From positions 64,001 through 128,000 of the IMG/VR virus record IMGVR_UViG_3300014205_000175: a stretch of DNA of 64,000 bases, one strand, 5' to 3'. This document shows positions 9,498-17,775 of the stretch, piece after piece. Source of the DNA: a virus. Taxonomy: Duplodnaviria > Caudoviricetes. Made by a program: the position numbers and the translations under genes. The notes under the pieces are model-generated. The model saw nothing but the letters and a program-made list of their open reading frames with translations, was not told the origin of the DNA and ran no database searches. Numbering within the stretch: position 1 is the stretch's first letter; each line of letters opens with the position of its first letter.

Positions 9498-9887
9498 ATG
9501 AAAACCTATCATATCGAAGGCGGTGAGACATTCGTGGTGGCGGGTGGAGTGGCATTAGCAATGACGACACTACGCGATGACCGACCATTGTTCTTGTGCT
9601 TTAACAACATCGACTGGTTTCCCGAACATCTACCTGATGCTCGTGAATACGTAACGTATGAAGTTATTCTGTGTGATGGTATCAAAAGCATCTCACTTAA
9701 TGACCGAGCCTACTGTGCGCTGTTGGGTTATGAATCAGCCTCGGGCAATTACCTACCCAGTGAGGAACTCGTAAGATTAATCGCAGACGACTACAGGCTG
9801 TTCATCAAAGCTGAGGATCACGAGCTGTCAGAGTGTTTCCTCATCGAACCAACCCAATACGTCACTCAAATCACCCGCATTAGCTAG
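9498..9887 (+). CDS. Hypothetical protein
   Basis: 129-aa ORF downstream of promoter motif, AAGGA RBS. Confidence 0.6.
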   Translation: MKTYHIEGGETFVVAGGVALAMTTLRDDRPLFLCFNNIDWFPEHLPDAREYVTYEVILCDGIKSISLNDRAYCALLGYESASGNYLPSEELVRLIADDYRLFIKAEDHELSECFLIEPTQYVTQITRIS

Positions 9888-9915
9888 GGTCTATTATTAA
9901 CAAAGGAGTATCAGC

Positions 9916-10254
9916 ATGAGCACAACAGTGAGCGTAGAAAACAAGTACCGAGAACTTCTGGCCATTGCCAAAAAAGTGAGCGCTCTGGTGGCTGAGCATC
10001 CTGAGTATCTGCATGAGGATGCCGATGGTGGAGGACACAAATGGTTTCATGCCGAACACCCGGTCCAAGACGAACTCGATACGTTCCTATGCGGTAACTT
10101 CATCACCGACAAAGGCCAGTACTCGACGCTTTACTATATTCTTCAGCACCGTGCCAGACAACATGGTATACGGCTGTGGACCGGGGAGCGCGACAGCTTC
10201 GGACCCCTCGTAAGCTGCATGAGCTACGATGGTTGGGCGTTCTCGTTCGGGTGA
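9916..10254 (+). CDS. Hypothetical protein
   Basis: 112-aa ORF, AAGGAG RBS, followed by terminator 10269-10302. Confidence 0.65.
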   Translation: MSTTVSVENKYRELLAIAKKVSALVAEHPEYLHEDADGGGHKWFHAEHPVQDELDTFLCGNFITDKGQYSTLYYILQHRARQHGIRLWTGERDSFGPLVSCMSYDGWAFSFG

Positions 10255-10355
10255 GTGTCAAGCCCAGTGCTACAGCCCCAGTGGGGCTGTAGTGCTTTTT
10301 TTCACCTCTGTCTTCGGTAAATCGTATGGTCATCACATATATCTAAAGGTGCATC

Positions 10356-11117
10356 ATGTCGATCATCAAGTTTACCGAAACCAAGCTCACGAACAGTGGC
10401 AAGAAGGGAGTGTTAAAACCCGATGAAAATGGCTATTACGAGATCGTTATTGGTGGTCTCAATACTCTTAACAGCGCCGGTGAGTACTACGTGTATGAGA
10501 GCGCCAAGCATCTATTCGAGCAGTCTTCGTCGTTCATGCGGCGCATCAAAAGCGGTTGCCTAAAAGGCGAGCTCGGTCATCCTAAGCGCACCCCTGGTAT
10601 GAGCGCTGACGACTATCTACAACGCATCATGACGATCGAAGAGACCAACGTCGTCTGTCACTATGCGGATATCTACCTCGATACGGATTTCGGGCGCAAG
10701 AACCCACAGTTCAAAAACCCTCAGTTGGTAGCGATGATCGCGAAGGTCAAACCGGCTGGACCTAAGGGCGCATGCCTGCAAGCAAGCATTGACAACCCTA
10801 GAGAGGAAGTGTGTTTCTCGATTCGGGCACTGACCAAAGACCAGTACGTCAACGGCCGCAACGAGCGCACTCTGGTGCAGATCATCTGTCACGACGTTGT
10901 GACCGAACCCGGTATCGCCATTTCGCGCAAATGGGAGAGTCCTGGACTAGAGAGTATCTCTGAGACCCCGATCACAGTCAAGCAGCTAGAGCGCATGGCT
11001 GAACGCTCGCATGGGAATCTCGCGATGGAGTCCATTGGTAGTCTCGCTAAAGAGACGCTGAAGATCGTCGAATTTACCTCACGTCCTATCGCGGCACCTC
11101 GCTACTCTCAATGGTAA
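10356..11117 (+). CDS. Prohead (head maturation) protease, phiKZ gp175-like
   Basis: LKGELGHP (catalytic His) and VCFSIRA (catalytic Ser) motifs, DVVTEPGI; S-x-E self-cleavage sites near the C-terminus. Confidence 0.85.
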   Translation: MSIIKFTETKLTNSGKKGVLKPDENGYYEIVIGGLNTLNSAGEYYVYESAKHLFEQSSSFMRRIKSGCLKGELGHPKRTPGMSADDYLQRIMTIEETNVVCHYADIYLDTDFGRKNPQFKNPQLVAMIAKVKPAGPKGACLQASIDNPREEVCFSIRALTKDQYVNGRNERTLVQIICHDVVTEPGIAISRKWESPGLESISETPITVKQLERMAERSHGNLAMESIGSLAKETLKIVEFTSRPIAAPRYSQW

Positions 11118-11228
11118 ATCTTACGCCCATCACACCGCTAAACAGGTGGTGTGATGGGCAATATTTCTAGCGTCCGTTGATGTTATAAGGAGGTGTGTGG
11201 TAGAATTTATCTGACTTATCTTTGAACG

Positions 11229-11243
11229 CATATATAGTACTTG
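11229..11243 (+). promoter_or_regulatory. Early-promoter-like motif
   Basis: CATATATAGTACTTG; matches the repeated 15-mer. Confidence 0.65.
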
Positions 11244-11326
11244 GCAATATAGCCCTAGATCTTAAATTACCTTACTAGCTTACACTTATAGTGTAGTTTG
11301 CCCCTCAATCACTCCAAGAGTCTCAC

Positions 11327-11532
11327 ATGCCTCAAAAAGCATACCGAGTGCGTCTGTACTCGACTCCTGCGGAGCAGGAGGTACTACGTCGTACCATAGG
11401 TACTATGCGAGTTACGCCTGATCGCTCACATATACCGCAGGGCATGCGGAAATCAACGCTTGTGGAGAGTAGGTGCTGTAAGGCCGCTCAGTGAAACAAG
11501 AATCCTCTCGCCAGTAGGCAGAGGAGTGTCAA
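11327..11532 (+). mobile_element. tnpB: Internally deleted IS200/IS605-family (tnpB) element: TnpB N-terminus fused to the element's 3' end and right end
   Basis: 55-codon ORF 11327-11494 begins MPQKAYRVRLYSTPAEQEVLRRTIG (TnpB N-terminal KAYxxRLYP--EQ---L-RT-G motif). The end reads GAAT-CCTCTCGCC-AGTA-GGCAGAGG-AGTG-TCAA, the IS605-type right-end layout (GAAT guide, hairpin, TCAA). Confidence 0.8.
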
Positions 11533-11707
11533 AAATTTGTCGTACAGAAAAACAACATCGACCTGTTTGTTGTAGAGTCTTTAGCTGGGTATGATGAAAA
11601 GTTGTTCGTCGAATTGCCGGCTAAGTCTTTCATGGACGTACAGGATTTCAGTTTTAACACCTGAGCTGCGGCGGGTCTCCGTAGCATATCTGGAAGGAGT
11701 TTTTAAA

Positions 11708-12160
11708 ATGAAGTTGAAATTCGCACAGGAAATCCAAACGCTCATCGATAACATTGCTGCTTTGCCTGATACAGCATCCACCGATGAAGAACTGAACAGG
11801 CCCAACAAGCTCATTACTGATTTTGAAAACTCACTTTTAAAGCAGCAGAACAATCGAGAAATAAGCACAAAACAGTACGCCAAACTAAGAAGGCAGGTAA
11901 GTTACCTTTGGGAATTCCTGAAAGCAGCTAGAGATACTGCTTTGAAAAACCAGAACATCACAATCGAGCAGCTAAACCGAAATAAAGCTCAGCCTGACAA
12001 GCGTGATGTTTACCGTCATTTCGTTACCCACATCAAGCTCGTTGAAAACGGTGAAGTTTTGAAACATGTAACCTATGTCAAACACGCTCTGAGATATGGG
12101 GTTTTGCAGCTATCTGACTATGAGGTTCATAATCTCATCAACGGTAACAAAGTAGCCTGA
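11708..12160 (+). CDS. Hypothetical protein
   Basis: Likely start MKLKFAQ at 11708 behind AAGGAG; followed by hairpin 12168-12200. Confidence 0.6.
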   Translation: MKLKFAQEIQTLIDNIAALPDTASTDEELNRPNKLITDFENSLLKQQNNREISTKQYAKLRRQVSYLWEFLKAARDTALKNQNITIEQLNRNKAQPDKRDVYRHFVTHIKLVENGEVLKHVTYVKHALRYGVLQLSDYEVHNLINGNKVA

Positions 12161-12401
12161 CGTGTTCTGTAGCCGGCCCGAGATGATCGGGCCGGCTACA
12201 TCGAAGTGCAGTACGGTGAGTCTGTCCGTAATGGTTTAAGAGAGGTAGCACGAGTAACCTGTGTCGGAAGAATTTATAACCCCATATTTAGTATGTGGTA
12301 TATACAGTACCAGATTGTTCGCCACACACGTAGAAAAAAATACGGTTCTACCACACCCTGTGGAGCTGTGCTCTAGTTTCTAACATACAAGGAGATTCAC
12401 C

Positions 12402-12899
12402 ATGACTCAAGAGAAAAAACTGTCGCTCAAAGATGAAGTCCTCGCTCTGGCCAAAGAGATCCGCTGCAAAGTCGAACTCGATACCGACACCGGTGTCGTT
12501 AGCGGTGACACGACGAGCGTCTACAACGAACATCTGCCTGATGGTCTCACGCCGTCGCTGGTCAAATCGCTGTCCGAGTACAACACTACTTATGTCGCAG
12601 CCGGTACCTATGCGGTGGGCGAAATGGCGGTCGAAGCGTTCCAGAAGAACTCCAAGATCGATCGTGTCGTCAGTGAGCTGCATCTGGGCTATAAGGATTC
12701 GTTCGAAGTGGCGTTCGATCGTCGTACCGAGACGAAGAACAATCTGCAAAAAGACGCTGACGGTAATCCGGTGACGATTACCAAGTACGGCGCCTGCAAG
12801 TTCAGCCTCAATGTCAACTCGGCCAACAATGTCGGGCAGCTGAAGATCGCACGCTCGCTGGTCAGCCAGATGGCAGCCGAAGCTCTCGGCAAGTGTTAA
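12402..12899 (+). CDS. Hypothetical protein, probably highly expressed
   Basis: AAGGAG RBS, promoter-like CATATTTAGTATGTG at 12283, strongly C/G-ending codons, terminator 12911-12955. Confidence 0.7.
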   Translation: MTQEKKLSLKDEVLALAKEIRCKVELDTDTGVVSGDTTSVYNEHLPDGLTPSLVKSLSEYNTTYVAAGTYAVGEMAVEAFQKNSKIDRVVSELHLGYKDSFEVAFDRRTETKNNLQKDADGNPVTITKYGACKFSLNVNSANNVGQLKIARSLVSQMAAEALGKC

Positions 12900-12983
12900 C
12901 TCGTTAGTGTCCTTCCCACCGACTATTAAGTCCGGTGGGAAGGGTGTCTTTTTTTCATTGTATCACACTAGGTTGCACTATAA

Positions 12984-13532
12984 ATGACGCACCAAATGAA
13001 TCTATCAGACGACCGTGTAGATATCTTCATGGCCTCTGATGACTTCTACACCTATCTGGGTGGGATCTACAAGGCATTCTGTCTCTCTGAGGTTCAAAGC
13101 TCCTACAGTAAGATTAGAAACATTGTTGGCGATCGACTCATTAGCCAGGAGCTCTCAACAATCTCAGAGACAACACGTTTTTCTTTGTCAATCAAGATGA
13201 CTACCGCTCACGGCAGATATCTACTCATCTACGCTTTTGATCTAGCAGCCCGATCACGTCAACTACTAGAGAGTCTTGTGGGCATATGTACTGCCAAACA
13301 CAATCTTATTCCGATCACACGAGAAGAGATTCACACCCGTGTTAGCTTACCTACTAATCTCATAGTCAACACATACGCTGGTGACACTGAGAACTCCTTT
13401 CACCTTTTTGAAGAACACAGTAGTTATGGTATCGTGACTAAGTTACTTCCAGTACCCAAGGATCACCGTACAAGCCTCAGGAAGCAGCGTTCGGGTCTAG
13501 CAGGTGTGTTGGTATTCCATGACGATAAATAG
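12984..13532 (+). CDS. Hypothetical protein
   Basis: 182-aa ORF ending at the hairpin shared with the convergent tail-tube gene. Confidence 0.55.
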   Translation: MTHQMNLSDDRVDIFMASDDFYTYLGGIYKAFCLSEVQSSYSKIRNIVGDRLISQELSTISETTRFSLSIKMTTAHGRYLLIYAFDLAARSRQLLESLVGICTAKHNLIPITREEIHTRVSLPTNLIVNTYAGDTENSFHLFEEHSSYGIVTKLLPVPKDHRTSLRKQRSGLAGVLVFHDDK

Positions 13533-13565
13533 CCTACAGGAGCCCGCTAATGGGCTCCTGTAGGC
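13532..13565. terminator. Hairpin between convergent genes (probable bidirectional terminator)
   Basis: GCCTACAGGAGCCC-GCTAAT-GGGCTCCTGTAGGC. Confidence 0.7.
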
Positions 13566-13584
13566 ATCTATATCGCTAAGGCTA

Positions 13585-14448
13585 TTAACCCATGTTGCTA
13601 ACAGCTTCACTACCCACGAGTTCAGACATCTGCTCATAGCCGATTCCAGCTGCCGCCACATCACTGGCTTGCTTTTGGATAAACGACGGACGCATGAACG
13701 GATCGGCGTTGGTGAGGTTGATCTTATCGAGAATAGTCTGTGCGAACTTGTTGACACCGATACCATACTGGCTGATACCGGTAAATTCGATGCTCAGGTT
13801 CAGGACTTCTGAAGCGCTCGTGAGATCGCGCTTACCGATGATCTCGCCGTTCGACTTCGGGAACATGTTGGTCGTCACCCATGCTTGCGTGACTTTGCTG
13901 TGTAGCGGATCGGGTTCGATAAATAGACACGTCATCGAATACCAGTCTGCCAGCATATCTTCAGGACGCTGACCAAGAGTAGAAGCAAGTGCGTACTTGG
14001 TATCAGGGTCCATCAAACCATAACGAATCCAGTAATCGAGCATGGTTTGAATCGGTCGACCGTATTTCTCGACGAATCCAAACACCGGTTCGGTACGGGC
14101 ACGCTTGACATCAGTGATCTCTTGCTGCATCTCACCAGCGCCACCGACAGGATGCTCGTCGGTCTCAACGGTCAGTCCAGCGTTGAAGCCTTCGATAGTA
14201 CGTACATGCAGTTCCATCAGCGACTTGAGCGACTGCGTCCACTTCTCCGGATTGGGGAAAAGTGTGAATAGACGCGGTGCTTCAAGCAAAATGCACACGA
14301 GGTTACGGCGCACGTAGGCTTGGTTGCTGACCCATTCGATGAGATTGGGGCTATAACCTTGTTGGCCGCCGAACGATAGATCGAGCATCGGTTGGTTTTC
14401 ATTAACCGCGTATGCTTGACCTAGAATGGCGTCTGTAATACGAGCCAT
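13585..14448 (-). CDS. Tail tube / major virion structural protein (phiKZ gp30-like)
   Basis: 287 aa directly downstream of the sheath gene; NQAYVRRN, EKYGRPI and TNMFPK motifs typical of this family. Confidence 0.8.
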   Translation of the reverse strand: MARITDAILGQAYAVNENQPMLDLSFGGQQGYSPNLIEWVSNQAYVRRNLVCILLEAPRLFTLFPNPEKWTQSLKSLMELHVRTIEGFNAGLTVETDEHPVGGAGEMQQEITDVKRARTEPVFGFVEKYGRPIQTMLDYWIRYGLMDPDTKYALASTLGQRPEDMLADWYSMTCLFIEPDPLHSKVTQAWVTTNMFPKSNGEIIGKRDLTSASEVLNLSIEFTGISQYGIGVNKFAQTILDKINLTNADPFMRPSFIQKQASDVAAAGIGYEQMSELVGSEAVSNMG

Positions 14449-14570
14449 AATGTTTCTCCAAAAAGAAGGTTGGGAATTTTTTCAACTTACCGCAAACTAG
14501 ACGACAGATCCTTCGCCAGTCATCGGCACGGTAGCGGGATAGAAACCACCGCCGTGCCGATGTTATTTTT

Positions 14571-16649
14571 TTACCCAGCCAGATCAGAGATCCGGTGCGC
14601 TTGGACATGCGTGACCATAACCGTTTTCATCGACGGACTATAGATCTTGATCGGCAATGTCCAGCTGTAACCGCGCAGCGTATCTAGATCGGTATGATGG
14701 GCATCCGGTACGATAACGAAGCGATTGTCAAAGCGATCCTTAACTCGCGATAGCACAAACTCATTGACACGCGTTTCCAGCTGTGCGTTCGTGAGATGTG
14801 CAACACCGGTGAATTCACGCCACGTCGCATGCGACACTTTGTTAAGCTGACAGATTGCCATTGCCGTGAAGTAGCTATTGAGCACCGACGTGTCGTCAAA
14901 GTACACGGTCTTCAGAGCCGGGAAGAAGAACGAACGACGATCGTACGCTTGCACCCAGTTCAGACCCACGTCCCAGTTACGGTTACGCACCGAAGCGGGC
15001 ACCCAGGTATGGGAGATATCATACATGCGCTCGATCACCGAACCCGGTGCACCGTCGAACGCATAACCATTTTTCCACCGACCATTACTCGCACCCATAT
15101 AGCGTGCTGAACGAATCGCCACTTCAGCAGTCAGCGGCAAACGCTTATGGTACTGGCTGTCACGTAGTTTGCCACTGCGACCAACGATCATACCACGCAT
15201 CACCGGCGTGCCGAAGTAATCCGATTCCGGGAACATCTGTAGCCGCGTACGCAGCGCGATAGCGAGCGAATGTTCTTCAGAAGGTTCCATAATGCGTTGA
15301 TTGACATCGAAGGTCGAGAGCACAACAAAGGTGTCTTTACGTTGTGCGATGAAGTTACACAGCTGGAACTTGGTCTCCAACGGGAAACCCGAATCATACA
15401 GCACCGATTCGACGTTCACTGCATTTTCCATCACCGGACTATTCGCGTCGAGATAATCCTGCATCTTCTCTTCGACTAGATCCGCTAACACCTGATCGTT
15501 CATCACGCCATCCGAACCACCATCCATAAAGACGTTCGAATATTCGGAGAAGCGGATGGTGTTGGCATCATCGACGAAGTGAATCGAATGATACGGCGTA
15601 CCAGCGGCAGTCATGCCGTTGACGATGTTGATAAGCCATGCATCTTCGGCGTTAGCCGTAATATCACTATAGCCATCGATAAAAGGTACTTCAGCTGCGA
15701 AGAGCATCTCTTGCACATATTCGAGATGATCGTGGTAGATATTGAGCGTCGAGATGTCACCATACACCGACGGGTAGTTGTAGCTGGCTTGACGGTTATA
15801 GCTGTCGAGCAACACGTCACCGATATACAGACGACGCTCAGTCATCGGGTCAACGGCTTCGGGTTTAAACGTAATGGTGATGTTTTCCTCACTCATTACC
15901 GACGGCACCACCTTCGCCGTGCTATTGGCATCAGCACGACGGATCATCTGCATATAGTACGGGAAAGCGCGATCGGTATTCATGACGCCAGTGGGCGGCG
16001 TGAGCATCGATTTCTTATTGATCGGCCACAGACGGAAACCTGTGTGGTTACCATAGTCACCTTGATAGGACGAACGGAATTCGAAGATCGGATACATCGT
16101 CGATTGCGTACCGGTGTTGGGGTCGACTTGCGAGCCGGGCTTCGTCGTAGCCAGACCGAAAGCTTCCATTTCCAGTTCGGTAGCATAATGGGATTTAACC
16201 CATTTGACTTTGTAACCAGCACCACTACCGACGATGATCGGGTTACCTGCAACATCAACCTTGATCGCGCCGAATGGGTCACGATCGTACAGATCGACTT
16301 GCGTCGGCAGTACATCGAGCCATAGCGTAAGGTTGGGCTTTGGTCCGGCGTCTTTGGGGATGACGCGCTGGATCATCGACACGTTGGCTTCAGCGTTGAC
16401 GAGGTTAGCGAACACCGTGGCATGGGTAGCATATGCCGAGCGCTCATTGAAAGTCTCATCACCGAAAATGTTGATGCGCTCGGCACCGACCACCAGTTGC
16501 GGCGTATCAGGACCTTTGCGGCAGAACATGTAAAATTTCGGAAGATGCTGCGGAACTGCTTCAGATTCACGGGGGAGTTGGCGCGAGCTAAGGTCTTGGG
16601 TGCCTAGCTCAATAACCAACGGGGCTGCATTGACGATGTAACCAGCCAT
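14571..16649 (-). CDS. Contractile tail sheath protein (phiKZ gp29-like)
   Basis: Start MAGYIVNAAP at 16649 with AAGGAG RBS; PQHLP, YDSGF, FPESxYFGTPVMR and FFFPALKTVY motifs; about 692 aa. Confidence 0.85.
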   Translation of the reverse strand: MAGYIVNAAPLVIELGTQDLSSRQLPRESEAVPQHLPKFYMFCRKGPDTPQLVVGAERINIFGDETFNERSAYATHATVFANLVNAEANVSMIQRVIPKDAGPKPNLTLWLDVLPTQVDLYDRDPFGAIKVDVAGNPIIVGSGAGYKVKWVKSHYATELEMEAFGLATTKPGSQVDPNTGTQSTMYPIFEFRSSYQGDYGNHTGFRLWPINKKSMLTPPTGVMNTDRAFPYYMQMIRRADANSTAKVVPSVMSEENITITFKPEAVDPMTERRLYIGDVLLDSYNRQASYNYPSVYGDISTLNIYHDHLEYVQEMLFAAEVPFIDGYSDITANAEDAWLINIVNGMTAAGTPYHSIHFVDDANTIRFSEYSNVFMDGGSDGVMNDQVLADLVEEKMQDYLDANSPVMENAVNVESVLYDSGFPLETKFQLCNFIAQRKDTFVVLSTFDVNQRIMEPSEEHSLAIALRTRLQMFPESDYFGTPVMRGMIVGRSGKLRDSQYHKRLPLTAEVAIRSARYMGASNGRWKNGYAFDGAPGSVIERMYDISHTWVPASVRNRNWDVGLNWVQAYDRRSFFFPALKTVYFDDTSVLNSYFTAMAICQLNKVSHATWREFTGVAHLTNAQLETRVNEFVLSRVKDRFDNRFVIVPDAHHTDLDTLRGYSWTLPIKIYSPSMKTVMVTHVQAHRISDLAG

Positions 16650-16778
16650 TTTTACTACTCCTTCAGCCAATAGAGAGTGGGAAGAACGAAACCTAGGATG
16701 TCGACAATCGTGTGAGAACACAAACCATCTCACAGGATAGTCGTATTTTTTTATTTCAGCTATAGAGAGGTAATTACT

Positions 16779-17768
16779 GTGATATATGCTACCCCGTATG
16801 ACACTACCGTAGGAAAAATGATTGATCTAAAAGCTACCGTGCGAGCTATCCGCGAAGCGATGATCAGAGACATGGTGCATTTTCGCACTCTCGATGTAAA
16901 CAGCATTACTGATATCAAGGCTGCATTTATTATCGGCGCTGGCAGCAGTGAGGATGTGATTCCGTTTTTCAGCCATCCGCTAGTGATTGACGGGACTGAT
17001 CACGCGCAGTTTTTGTTTACCGATATTCGTCCGTTTGTTAAAAAGAATGAAGTCGAAGGATTGGGGTTCACCGATATTCCTCCGGTCAAAAACACCACTG
17101 AATTTAACTTCACCAAGTCGCGCGCGATTCTATCACTAGCATGGCTATCGGGACATCAGTCAGCGCTACGTAACGATCTGGCTTGGGCCGGTGTTGTCTA
17201 TGCCATGTGGCTGAGCGAAGTGATCGCCAAGAAATATGCGCTCGATCCGAAAGATCAAATCGTGCTCGCAGTGCTAAGCTACTACTTTTATTACAGTCTA
17301 TTTTCTGCGGATGAGCCTGATAGTGACGGCGTGGAAAAAATGGCCATCCATATCATCAAAGCTACCCGTGCACCGGCACCTTTGGTATTTGAGATTTTGG
17401 ATAAAGCTGGTGCCATTCGTGACATCACTGAATTTTGTACTGCGGTGATTCGCGTGACTGAAAACGTACGGCTACAGGACTTTAACGTCAGCATGTTACT
17501 GACGATTATCTCCAATAGCTGGTATGGTCTCAATAGCCGGGAGATCCTCGCAGTAGCACTCGAACATCCACCCACCTGGTGCGCGATGGTCTATATGTCT
17601 TTGACCGAACGCACTTTCCGCAACTACATGGTATCCAGGATCGCTGATCGTTTTGGCAAACATGGTAACAGCGACACTTTCCTCAAAGCCTACACGGGTC
17701 TGGTGAAAGAACACACTGTCCAAAAAACAGCCGGTACGGAAAGCCTAGAGATCCTGGCCTTCGAGTGA
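16779..17768 (+). CDS. Virion structural protein (phiKZ gp28-like)
   Basis: Divergent from sheath, first of three genes before terminase; VALEHPPTW motif. Confidence 0.65.
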   Translation: MIYATPYDTTVGKMIDLKATVRAIREAMIRDMVHFRTLDVNSITDIKAAFIIGAGSSEDVIPFFSHPLVIDGTDHAQFLFTDIRPFVKKNEVEGLGFTDIPPVKNTTEFNFTKSRAILSLAWLSGHQSALRNDLAWAGVVYAMWLSEVIAKKYALDPKDQIVLAVLSYYFYYSLFSADEPDSDGVEKMAIHIIKATRAPAPLVFEILDKAGAIRDITEFCTAVIRVTENVRLQDFNVSMLLTIISNSWYGLNSREILAVALEHPPTWCAMVYMSLTERTFRNYMVSRIADRFGKHGNSDTFLKAYTGLVKEHTVQKTAGTESLEILAFE

Positions 17769-17775
17769 GGATGCT

